From a virus, in IMG/VR virus record IMGVR_UViG_3300028027_000047, positions 52,221 through 116,220 of that record: a DNA stretch of 64,000 bases, one strand, 5' to 3'. This document shows, piece after piece, positions 39,872 to 47,779 of this stretch (the stretch's first letter is position 1; each line of letters opens with the position of its first letter). Both the position numbers and the translations under genes were made by a program. A model generated the notes under the pieces. That model did not search any database. It saw only the letters and a list, made by a program, of their open reading frames with translations, and was not told the origin of the DNA.

Positions 39872-40471
39872 ATGAAAAAGATCCTAATTGCTGATGTGAT
39901 CAAAGATATATCTGACTCATACCTTGAAGAACGTGCTCTGAGAATTAAAGAGCTCACTGATCAGTTTAATATAACCAAAGACGATGCAACTAATATTGTC
40001 GACAATTATAGTGATTATGATACTCAAGATTTGATTGCCAAAGCAATGGAAGCCTATGACCTAGATTTAGGCGAAGCAGAGATGTTTGTGGATGATCACC
40101 CAAATGAGTCTACATGGGCAGACTATGAGTCTGCAGCAGAGGCAATGGGTGTGGATATCACAGATGTTGATGATGATGATGTTGAAGCAGTAAATATGGC
40201 GGGGGCAAGTGGAGAGATAGAATCTTCATCAGGACCCATAAGATACAAATACATACTAGGCATAGGATATATGGTTCATCTAGTGTTAAATGGCAAAGAT
40301 ATCATGTACCAGAATATAGAACCAGATGTAATGTCTGATTGGATAAATGCTGATTCTGCTGGAAATTACTATTTAGATAATATTCGTAGCAATGTAGCTT
40401 TAGATCAAGAACTCTGTGGATGTAATGACAAGCCCTGTGTAGACACAGATATAGCACAAATTAACAGCTAA
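39872..40471 (+). CDS. acidic protein with C-terminal KTSC-like domain
   Basis: YQNIEPDVMSDWINADSAGNYYLDNIR resembles the KTSC consensus. Confidence 0.6.
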   Translation: MKKILIADVIKDISDSYLEERALRIKELTDQFNITKDDATNIVDNYSDYDTQDLIAKAMEAYDLDLGEAEMFVDDHPNESTWADYESAAEAMGVDITDVDDDDVEAVNMAGASGEIESSSGPIRYKYILGIGYMVHLVLNGKDIMYQNIEPDVMSDWINADSAGNYYLDNIRSNVALDQELCGCNDKPCVDTDIAQINS

Positions 40472-40507
40472 CTCCTATATCCCCCTCCCATTTATCTCCT
40501 CTCTAAT

Positions 40508-40528
40508 AGCCCTTCTAGGGCTTTTTTT
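40508..40528 (+). terminator. intrinsic terminator ending the + strand arm
   Basis: AGCCC-ttcta-GGGCT followed by a T run. Confidence 0.75.
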
Positions 40529-40797
40529 GTGGAGTAAAGTGGAGCATTGTGGAGAATTTATACTATAGATAGCATATCATATACTATAGTTATATATAGT
40601 TAGATATACATATGTAATGACGCATCCTTAATAGATAACGTATCGTAATGTCTATTCATTTGGGCATACATGCATGCATATTGATCCATATTTGTCAATA
40701 GATTTCATGAGGAATTTTGATCTATTTTGCCAAATTCTCTACACATTTGTCGACATTCTATATGTATAATTAATCATATAGACATATTGTGTAGCAT

Positions 40798-40842
40798 TTT
40801 CAGGGATTTTTGTCAAGGCTTCGTAAATAGAAAATTTGGCCC
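40798..40842 (+). repeat. gapped scaffold repeat copy 1 (TTYCAGG..CGTAA..CCC)
   Basis: CAGG 40801, CGTAA 40822, CCC 40840. Confidence 0.8.
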
Positions 40843-40845
40843 AAG

Positions 40846-40889
40846 CTTCAGGGGTTTTGATCATGTATCGTAAATAGAAAATTTGGCCC
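40846..40889 (+). repeat. gapped scaffold repeat copy 2
   Basis: CAGG 40849, CGTAA 40869, CCC 40887. Confidence 0.8.
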
Positions 40890-41002
40890 ACATGCCCACA
40901 CATACAAAAAATCCACAGGATGTGGATAACCCTGTGGATAATTTGGGCTAGATATGTTTATCTATCTAACCAGGCATTCGATCTCTCATTGTATGTATGC
41001 CT

Positions 41003-41374
41003 CTATTGACTGAATGGGTCTTCTTCTTCCCGCCAACCAAAGATTCGTTCTCTTACTGGTTCCTCCCGTTTTACTTTGTAAGAACGGGACGGCAACTTAA
41101 GATTAACTAAGTTGTTATCTTGCTGATATGCCTTGATACATTCATTCAGTTCCTTGGCTAATGCTAGACCTTCTGTATATGTACCTTGATTTGAATATAC
41201 ATCATACATCTTTGCCTGCTCTGATATTACTGATACAACCATTTCCATAATTCGGTCAATTGTATAGATTGGCTGTTCCGCCAGATATCGACCAAAGATA
41301 GTTGGATTGAACCAATGGTCATCCATTAGATTAACTAATGATTCTGCTACTTTGATTTCTTGTGTTTTACTCAT
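41003..41374 (-). CDS. hypothetical early protein
   Basis: 123-aa ORF. Confidence 0.7.
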   Translation of the reverse strand: MSKTQEIKVAESLVNLMDDHWFNPTIFGRYLAEQPIYTIDRIMEMVVSVISEQAKMYDVYSNQGTYTEGLALAKELNECIKAYQQDNNLVNLKLPSRSYKVKREEPVRERIFGWREEEDPFSQ

Positions 41375-41408
41375 TCGTCCGCCTTCCGCCTAACTGTCAA
41401 TTGTACCA

Positions 41409-41451
41409 AAAATAAGAGAGGAGGTCAAGGACCAACGAAGCCCCGACCTCC
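41409..41451 (-). terminator. terminator-like hairpin with anti-leader loop UUCGUUG
   Basis: GGAGGTCGGGGC-TTCGTTG-GTCCTTGACCTCC followed by TCTCTTATTTTT on the minus strand. Confidence 0.65.
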
Positions 41452-41461
41452 ACCCCTGGAA

Positions 41462-41611
41462 TTACTTAGCCTTATTGCTTGGTGTTTCTGCAGTAAATGT
41501 AACGCCCTTGGCTACAGCTTCCGCTAGAGCTACCTTGGCTGCTCCTGAGAAACGACCACGTACACCGACTGTAATGCCTTGCTGCTTTAGATATTCACGC
41601 TTTGTTGTCAT
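41462..41611 (-). CDS. Lsr2-like DNA-binding domain protein (49 aa)
   Basis: MTTKREYLKQQGITVGVRGRFSGAAKVALAEA, RGR AT-hook; read manually. Confidence 0.7.
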   Translation of the reverse strand: MTTKREYLKQQGITVGVRGRFSGAAKVALAEAVAKGVTFTAETPSNKAK

Positions 41612-41652
41612 TTGAATCCCCTTTCAAGAGATGTTTTATTTAGTATATCAGT

Positions 41653-41698
41653 TTTCAGGGGTATTGTAAATACCCCTCGTAAGACAAAATTTTTGCCC
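41653..41698 (+). repeat. gapped scaffold repeat copy 3
   Basis: CAGG 41656, CGTAA 41678, CCC 41696. Confidence 0.8.
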
Positions 41699-41831
41699 CT
41701 ACGAAAGATCTGCTTGTTCAATACGATCTTTAATTAATTTAGCAATGATGTTATGGGCCTCAATATTTTCTGTTTCGGATCCACCCCACAAAAGCTTTTG
41801 TGCTGTATTTAATTGATCATTCAGGTAGTTG

Positions 41832-42149
41832 TCACTCATCTTCATCTTCGTCTTCTTCCTCTTCCTCAAACATTGTGTCTACAATGTATTCACGATTCAT
41901 CATCCATTCAAGTACATCGTCCTGATGTTGTTCCGCCCCGTACTCTAGAGAGAAGCCCTGGCCCGCCTCCACGGCCTCGCAGAGGTGCCCCCACATCTCG
42001 TCTATGGTGCAGTTCTGCTTGTAGGTCTCATCCTCAAAGATGTTGTTAATTGTCGACCACGTCCACAGCCATACTAGTGACAGCCCTAGGTCCGTAGTGT
42101 CTAGAATCTTTAAACATTCGTTTAGTTTATCTTTGTCTTCAGGCTTCAT
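41832..42149 (-). CDS. acidic hypothetical early protein
   Basis: 105-aa ORF with acidic tail. Confidence 0.7.
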   Translation of the reverse strand: MKPEDKDKLNECLKILDTTDLGLSLVWLWTWSTINNIFEDETYKQNCTIDEMWGHLCEAVEAGQGFSLEYGAEQHQDDVLEWMMNREYIVDTMFEEEEEDEDEDE

Positions 42150-42415
42150 AGTGTACGTGCTCCAATCGCAAATGATAATTGATAAGTTAATTGATACAGT
42201 TCGACTAGCATATCTAGGCGACCTTCACATTCTGTACGGACCATAGAGTCCATTGCCTCTTCTGATATCTCTTCTTGTTCTATTGCACTTGCTAGGTCCT
42301 GCTCAGCAATGAGCATTAGATTCTTTAGTTCTCCGTGCATAATGTCAAGGCCCGATACTCCAGCGTTGACCATACGTTGCAAATGGGGCGGGAGCCCAAT
42401 ATCTTCTGCATTCAT
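42146..42415 (-). CDS. hypothetical early protein
   Basis: AACGAAAGGG leader. Confidence 0.75.
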   Translation of the reverse strand: MNAEDIGLPPHLQRMVNAGVSGLDIMHGELKNLMLIAEQDLASAIEQEEISEEAMDSMVRTECEGRLDMLVELYQLTYQLSFAIGARTL

Positions 42416-42416
42416 T

Positions 42417-42596
42417 TTATACCCTTTCGTTAGTAGAATTCATTATATCAGTAGCCACTGACAATAAATGCCTGGTTGCTTCAATTTGTCCTGGGATATC
42501 AATTACATTGATAGATTCAGGATTCATTTCTAAATCTTGTTCAAGACTAATTAAATGAAGTTTCATATACTCCATAAACTGTGATGACTTAGTCAT
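42417..42596 (-). CDS. small early protein (59 aa)
   Basis: MTKSSQFMEYMKLH, AGGAG RBS; read manually. Confidence 0.55.
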   Translation of the reverse strand: MTKSSQFMEYMKLHLISLEQDLEMNPESINVIDIPGQIEATRHLLSVATDIMNSTNERV

Positions 42597-42656
42597 AGTA
42601 ATATTCTCCTGTCTCTCTATTGAAGTATCTTACCATAGAGCACTGACAAGTAAAAA

Positions 42657-42701
42657 TTCCAGGGACATCTGAACACTCCCAGTAATGCTGACATTTAGCC
42701 C
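42657..42701 (+). repeat. gapped scaffold repeat copy 4 (AGTAA variant)
   Basis: CAGG 42660, AGTAA 42681, CCC 42699. Confidence 0.65.
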
Positions 42702-42704
42702 CCA

Positions 42705-42881
42705 TTAGTCAAAGTACCCTTCTGCCCATAGGCCTTGCAGGAAATCATTTGCTTTCAACAAACCTTCAACTAAAGGGTCTTTGTCTACTTGCTCAACATC
42801 TGATTTCATAATATAAAAAAGCTTTGCATCGTGTATAGCATTAGACATCTGATCGATATCTTCTTTTGTGTAGCCTAACAT
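42705..42881 (-). CDS. small early protein
   Basis: MLGYTKEDI after GGAGG. Confidence 0.65.
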   Translation of the reverse strand: MLGYTKEDIDQMSNAIHDAKLFYIMKSDVEQVDKDPLVEGLLKANDFLQGLWAEGYFD

Positions 42882-43051
42882 TATGCCTCCTCTAATTCCC
42901 AAGACGTATCGGGCCAACCTAAATCATATTTGATAATGCTTTCAACTTGGCCAAGGTCGTCAAGATGTCCATTGATTTTCTCAATTGCTTCTTCTTCGCT
43001 ATTAGCGCCAACGGCGCCGTGTAATTTAATTACGAAGTTATAGTATGTCAT
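42881..43051 (-). CDS. small early protein (56 aa)
   Basis: MTYYNFVIKL..ANSEEEAIEK, read manually; coupled at both ends. Confidence 0.6.
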   Translation of the reverse strand: MTYYNFVIKLHGAVGANSEEEAIEKINGHLDDLGQVESIIKYDLGWPDTSWELEEA

Positions 43052-43284
43052 TCTGCGTTCTCATCCCATTGTAGGTAGTAATTATCTGTTGGACTTAAAT
43101 CGTGAAACTGATTGAACCTGCCTTTTAGATAATTGCTGTTAGACATATCGGCAACACACCAATCGGCATATAGTTGCCCTTCATCTAAATTAGAGTTCAT
43201 CCAATCTTCAACGAGTTGTTCTCCAATTTCAGAGAAGATTGCGTCAATCAACATTTCATTTTCATTTTCTAAGAAACTAGACAT
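43048..43284 (-). CDS. acidic early protein
   Basis: 78-aa ORF. Confidence 0.7.
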   Translation of the reverse strand: MSSFLENENEMLIDAIFSEIGEQLVEDWMNSNLDEGQLYADWCVADMSNSNYLKGRFNQFHDLSPTDNYYLQWDENAE

Positions 43285-44068
43285 TTAGTGCCTCTTCCTG
43301 TGTGTAGGTTTTCAAAGGTAATAATACCATATGGGTCTGACATTCTTTCATAGCCACTTCATCCTGCCAAGAGCCCTCATTGCATTCTGAGCAGAATTCA
43401 CCGCAGTCATTCTCGCAATAGTCAATACAATCAAAAGACTGGCAAGCATAGCAACGGTTCTCATATGCCAATAGTTCTTTTACTTCACCACGGACAATCT
43501 CATATTCCCCACCCCAACCTGTTTCTTCCTCAAACTCTAATGTGAGCAGGCAGTTCGGAACAAGATTACTTAGTTTAGTTAAGATAGTTACAGCAGGTGA
43601 CCAAGCAGTCTCATACTTATATACAAGCCAGTTGTCATCACCTTCTGATTTGTATTCAAGTAATTCTGTATTAGAATACTTTTCCTCATCAGATACGGCT
43701 ACATCCCACTTAGTTCCCCAATTAGAGTTATTCCACGAATACCAATCCTTCTGAGTCTTAGCAAACTCAACAGACTTGCGGAACCAATCAGGGTCATTCT
43801 TGATATCTATGTCACCACGATTAGGTTGGCAGGCATATTCTTCATCAGTAATACCTTCATCCTTATATGAGTGGATATTAAAGAAAGCGAATACAGGATT
43901 ATTATATTCAACTAATTTAATTTTGGTGGGGAAACCCATAGATGAAATATCACCCATACCATATGTCTCTTGTGCTAATGTAAATGGAGCATTCAATCTA
44001 TCTTTAATCATATCTACCTCAGACTTAGGTCCTTGGATAGTTAATGTGTTGTAACACCAATTTGGCAT
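43277..44068 (-). CDS. DUF1281/YubB-like (Api92-type ferredoxin-like domain) protein
   Basis: MPNWCYNTL, WYSWN..NWGTKWD, YETAWSP. Confidence 0.8.
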   Translation of the reverse strand: MPNWCYNTLTIQGPKSEVDMIKDRLNAPFTLAQETYGMGDISSMGFPTKIKLVEYNNPVFAFFNIHSYKDEGITDEEYACQPNRGDIDIKNDPDWFRKSVEFAKTQKDWYSWNNSNWGTKWDVAVSDEEKYSNTELLEYKSEGDDNWLVYKYETAWSPAVTILTKLSNLVPNCLLTLEFEEETGWGGEYEIVRGEVKELLAYENRCYACQSFDCIDYCENDCGEFCSECNEGSWQDEVAMKECQTHMVLLPLKTYTQEEALNV

Positions 44069-44181
44069 TTTATATCCTTTCGTTGATATGTTCCAATTAT
44101 ACAATGGACCACTGACATTTGGAATAGATTTTGCCTGTGATACAGGCCACATTATTCAGCTTTGTGGTCAAGATCACAAAT

Positions 44182-44240
44182 TTTCAGGAGTTTTGCTATT
44201 GACCTCGTAAAAGAGATATGTTACCCTCGCCCTTGCGGGC
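44182..44240 (+). repeat. gapped scaffold repeat copy 5
   Basis: CAGG 44185, CGTAA 44206, CCC 44224, GCGGGC 44235. Confidence 0.85.
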
Positions 44241-44400
44241 AAAAAATTCCCCCTAGGCTCAGAGTTGAAGCTGACTAGGGGGTAATGAATATGGCTGCTG
44301 ATTTCCAACGAAAGAAATAAACCGCTTTACTTAGCGCCTGGCCCGTAGACTAGTTAGGCGCACCATTTCATTTCTGTATTAAAACCAGGACCAAGGTCCT
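44241..44400 (-). ncRNA. putative structured small RNA antisense to the shared early-gene leader
   Basis: TGGTATAAT promoter (44415-44407); 5' AGGAC-CUUG-GUCCU hairpin; multi-stem core with loop UUUCGUUG; terminator CCCCUAG...CUAGGGG followed by U6; no ORF in the supplied track. Confidence 0.7.
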
Positions 44401-44407
44401 AGATTAA

Positions 44408-44776
44408 TTATACCACACTTAGTTGACTACAATATTTAGCAACAAATGCCTCAAGGCTTGTACTGAATACTACAGTCTGCAGGTCTTCTTCCATTAATGT
44501 GAAAGTTTTATTCTTCCAATCAATAATAGGGACCTTGTGCTCATTGTCGGCCAATTCATTAACGCTAATTCCCCAGCCTGTTTCGCTAGCCCATTCGTCA
44601 CCAATCATTTGACTAATAGTAATACGTGTTGCATATGCCTCGTCATTCCAACGTGGATGTGCAATCTGCACGGCGTCCGCTAAGTTCTCTAGCATTCGGT
44701 GCCCCGCCCAGTGACCGTATAGAAATACAATATTTTCCTTGGAATCTCTGAATCCAAAGTTTGCTCTGTCGCCCAT
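44408..44776 (-). CDS. hypothetical early protein
   Basis: MGDRANF...LYGHWAG. Confidence 0.75.
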   Translation of the reverse strand: MGDRANFGFRDSKENIVFLYGHWAGHRMLENLADAVQIAHPRWNDEAYATRITISQMIGDEWASETGWGISVNELADNEHKVPIIDWKNKTFTLMEEDLQTVVFSTSLEAFVAKYCSQLSVV

Positions 44777-44777
44777 T

Positions 44778-44966
44778 TTATTCCGCCTTTGTTAGTTGGT
44801 CTTGCTCGTAGTTTAGTAATTGTACCATTTCTTCGGCCCAGTCCACAAGAGATTCGCCCTGTGAATTTTTATGATGTCCACAAAAATAAAGAGACATTGC
44901 ATCTTTCTTTGCTTCCCACATAGCTTGGGCTGCACATTGATCACACTTAAGCCATTCAGCCATCAC
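44778..44966 (-). CDS. small zinc-finger protein
   Basis: CDQC...FCGHH. Confidence 0.7.
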   Translation of the reverse strand: MMAEWLKCDQCAAQAMWEAKKDAMSLYFCGHHKNSQGESLVDWAEEMVQLLNYEQDQLTKAE

Positions 44967-45109
44967 AGTGTTCCACCTTCAATCATTTCTGAAAGACGGT
45001 CAAGGATCCAAGTATCGATGTCAGCGATATCAATCTCTGATAACTTTTCCATCATCTCTTCACGAGCAAACTTATACCCGTCTTGAAATCCATCTTTATA
45101 GTCTGACAT
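44963..45109 (-). CDS. small acidic protein (48 aa)
   Basis: MSDYKDGFQDGYKF, AGGAG RBS; read manually. Confidence 0.6.
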   Translation of the reverse strand: MSDYKDGFQDGYKFAREEMMEKLSEIDIADIDTWILDRLSEMIEGGTL

Positions 45110-45117
45110 TTTATCTC

Positions 45118-45321
45118 CTAGTATCCCGTCGCTTCTTTGTCTGACCAGTATGATTCTTTTAAATTATACTTATCACGAATACGACTAACTTTCTCAATAC
45201 TACCAGTTCCAACATTGAATGTCAACGGTGGCATAAATTCAGGGTCAAGCCCAGTAATTTGTGCATCCCAATAAGCCATCTCAAGAGATAGCCTATCGGG
45301 AGCGGTCAACTCAAAGTACAT
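45118..45321 (-). CDS. hypothetical early protein
   Basis: 67-aa ORF. Confidence 0.7.
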   Translation of the reverse strand: MYFELTAPDRLSLEMAYWDAQITGLDPEFMPPLTFNVGTGSIEKVSRIRDKYNLKESYWSDKEATGY

Positions 45322-45977
45322 TAGTTCTCACGCACATTACATACTTCTTGGTCATTGATTTCAATGTTACCGTTATGTGAATCAGCAAAGATTGCATCTG
45401 TAATTTCTGACTCAAGGTCTAAGTCATAATCGTTTTCAAGAATGTTATATGAATATGTTCCGCTAACTTCAATAGATGCAGACCATTCAACTTCTTTAAT
45501 AAGTTCAATACCAAGCGCCTCAGCGATTTCACGCAATGTGTCTTGGTCTTGTGAGTCTGCATATGCTTCGCAGATAATTTCTTTAGCAGAATCAATCTTG
45601 CTATTTAGAACGCCGACAGTCTTCTGAGATTGGCGTCCATTGTGTAGGTCCCACTCAAGACTTGTAATCTTGTCAGTTGCATATTCTGCATCTGAGAATC
45701 CGCGGATAACTTTGTAGGTTACCAATAGATTAGAGTTATATGACTCAGGGATTTGTGTTGTTGTTGGTTCCATTTTTTCCTCTTTCGTTTGGGTTATAGG
45801 AGCAATTGTAGCATTGACCACTGACACCAAGGTGGTCTTTCGACCACACGGGCACGTGAGTTCTGTCACACCTGATGGAAATCCAAACCCGTCAGATGAT
45901 GTTAATTCAATTAGGCAGTCACATTCATCTGGGTCACAGACAAATGTATATTTACTTGATACTAGTTCGTTGGTCAT
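45321..45977 (-). CDS. early protein with N-terminal zinc ribbon; internal in-frame start at 45773
   Basis: leaderless ATG at 45977 below the promoter at 46001; internal promoter at 45821 plus AACGAAAGAGG leader before ATG at 45773. Confidence 0.7.
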   Translation of the reverse strand: MTNELVSSKYTFVCDPDECDCLIELTSSDGFGFPSGVTELTCPCGRKTTLVSVVNATIAPITQTKEEKMEPTTTQIPESYNSNLLVTYKVIRGFSDAEYATDKITSLEWDLHNGRQSQKTVGVLNSKIDSAKEIICEAYADSQDQDTLREIAEALGIELIKEVEWSASIEVSGTYSYNILENDYDLDLESEITDAIFADSHNGNIEINDQEVCNVREN

Positions 45978-46017
45978 GATGAGAATTATACACGAGCCCA
46001 CTGACATTTACAATAGC

Positions 46018-46076
46018 TTTCAGGGCTTTTTTTATGTGACACGTAACACACTTTTAATTCCCTTAATATTGCGGGC
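46018..46076 (+). repeat. gapped scaffold repeat copy 6
   Basis: CAGG 46021, CGTAA 46042, CCC 46060, GCGGGC 46071. Confidence 0.85.
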
Positions 46077-46082
46077 GCTTTG

Positions 46083-46156
46083 CGATCTGTAACGGACTTG
46101 AACCGTCGACCTCTACCGTGACAGGGTAGCGCTCTAACCAACTGAGCTAACAGACC
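46083..46156 (-). tRNA. tRNA-Asp(GTC)
   Basis: cloverleaf on the minus strand; CTACC-ctGTCac-GGTAG. Confidence 0.92.
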
Positions 46157-46168
46157 AAGAAAAATTGT

Positions 46169-46196
46169 GAGCAGTTTTAAATCTTGCTCAGGATTT
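46169..46196 (-). ncRNA. compact pseudoknot motif, copy 2 of 3
   Basis: AAATC-CTGAGCA-A-GATTT-AAAAC-TGCTC between the DUF932 stop and tRNA-Asp. Confidence 0.55.
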
Positions 46197-46211
46197 TTAT
46201 TTATTTTTTTT

Positions 46212-47216
46212 TTAGAAAGTTGCAACCATTCGATACAACTTATTTTTTTCTGCGGTTAGAACTGGGTCAAACCCTGATGCACCCGCCATAAGTGTTTCGC
46301 CATTGCCACGACCTGAACGATAATAATCAAGGCGCTCAGTTAGTGCATTGAACGCACCCCACTTTGTTCCCTTGATTGTAGCGTTAGTAGGTGAGTTATG
46401 ATAAAGGTCATCAAGCAGAACAACTTTGTTCTCCCACTTTTTGATTGCACCCTTAGCATCTTTTTCTGGCTTAGGATAGATTGTCTGAATCAACTTAGAG
46501 AATTCAGCATCGGTGATTGCTTGTGAGTAAAGTGCTTTTGCTTGAACTTCGAATTCATCGAAATATCCAAGAGCAAGCCCAAGAGTTTCACGAGCAACTT
46601 GAATACGACCTTCAACAGATTGCGTGTGGCGAATCTTGAAAGATTGCTTAGCATTCTTCATTGCAAGGTTTAGCGTATTTTGGCATACAACACGAACAGG
46701 TGTAACGGCTGCCTGAACAGCAACAGAACCATCGTGTGATGTCCATACGATTAGATATAACTTTGTCTCATCATTGGCGCCTTGTGGGTCAAGAACCATT
46801 GTGCGAGGAATATCAACAGTGCCGAATACAACTTTACCCTTTTTTAATGAGCCAGCAGATTCCCAACGGCAGTCAGCGTTAGCATCGTGAATTGCATCAG
46901 CGAATGCAAATAGTTCCTCATTCTGCACAGGCTTGTAACGCTTGCCAACAGTAGCAAGAACATCAGTTCCGCCGTTGAATGGGTTATCACGAATGACAAG
47001 AGATGCAGTTGAAACATCATTCCAAGATTCTGGAATGTGTTCGGTGATTGGAGATAAGCGAACATTCCAATTTGCTAACTTTGCCTCTTCAAGCATTGTT
47101 GCGGTTGTAACTTCTTCATCTTGTGTGAAGATGCGATTTGCTAGATTGTGCCAAGCAGGTGCGCCACGGAGAGCGAAAGCAACTTCGCCATTTTCCATTT
47201 CTAGATTGTGAGCCAT
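46212..47216 (-). CDS. DUF932/DUF945-family protein
   Basis: MAHNLE..PAWHNL, YKPVQNEE.F, SHDGS, PVRVVCQNTL, IRHT, WGAFNALTE. Confidence 0.88.
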   Translation of the reverse strand: MAHNLEMENGEVAFALRGAPAWHNLANRIFTQDEEVTTATMLEEAKLANWNVRLSPITEHIPESWNDVSTASLVIRDNPFNGGTDVLATVGKRYKPVQNEELFAFADAIHDANADCRWESAGSLKKGKVVFGTVDIPRTMVLDPQGANDETKLYLIVWTSHDGSVAVQAAVTPVRVVCQNTLNLAMKNAKQSFKIRHTQSVEGRIQVARETLGLALGYFDEFEVQAKALYSQAITDAEFSKLIQTIYPKPEKDAKGAIKKWENKVVLLDDLYHNSPTNATIKGTKWGAFNALTERLDYYRSGRGNGETLMAGASGFDPVLTAEKNKLYRMVATF

Positions 47217-47326
47217 ATATTTTTTACCTTTCGTTTGATTAGTTGTAAGTATAACAGGTGGCACTGACATTGTCTAGATTAGATAGTCATTTGTCCGAAT
47301 TGTGCGGTGTGATCATTCTCACAAAC

Positions 47327-47384
47327 TTTCAGGGTTATCCACAAGCACTCGTAAACCTGTGGATAACCCCCCAAAAGCGGGGGC
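47327..47384 (+). repeat. gapped scaffold repeat copy 7 (spacers hold two DnaA boxes)
   Basis: CAGG 47330, CGTAA 47350, CCC 47368, GGGGGC 47379; TTATCCACA 47335, TGTGGATAA 47358. Confidence 0.85.
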
Positions 47385-47395
47385 CGAGCTGGAGA

Positions 47396-47656
47396 TTAAA
47401 TCCCCACCTCTACCTTTTTAGCATTGCTAATTAGATTTTTATTAAACTCAACTGTGGTCTCATCAAGAAACATCGCAGTTGTTTTTTTCTTTTTTACATT
47501 ATCAAAAACATAAGCGTTAATCTTTCCGCTAAAGTTTCTGATGTTGCTGAATACTAATTCAGTTAAGTATTCTTTATCAACACCTTGATCTGAATAAATC
47601 GTGATGTCATTTGCTTTGTTTGCATCGTAGATTTCTACTCTGAAACGATTTGCCAT
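47396..47656 (-). CDS. hypothetical early protein
   Basis: 86-aa ORF, AACAAAGG leader. Confidence 0.7.
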   Translation of the reverse strand: MANRFRVEIYDANKANDITIYSDQGVDKEYLTELVFSNIRNFSGKINAYVFDNVKKKKTTAMFLDETTVEFNKNLISNAKKVEVGI

Positions 47657-47688
47657 TGTATTACCTTTGTTAGTAGTTCCCCGAAGGA

Positions 47689-47715
47689 GAGCAGTTTGGC
47701 GACTTACTCAGGTCG
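47689..47715 (-). ncRNA. compact pseudoknot motif, copy 3 of 3
   Basis: CGAC-CTGAGTA-A-GTCG-CCAAAC-TGCTC. Confidence 0.55.
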
Positions 47716-47779
47716 TTCGCAATTTAGCGTTATGCGAGAACGATTGGGTTCAGGACTTTAGTTCTGCCCCCCAAATTAT

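Larger units (their letters stand above)
40529..40945. other. origin- or terminus-like non-coding region
   Basis: GTGGAG x3 at 10-bp period, AT-rich tract, 23-bp direct repeat, two perfect DnaA boxes (40921, 40933), strand switch. Confidence 0.5.
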
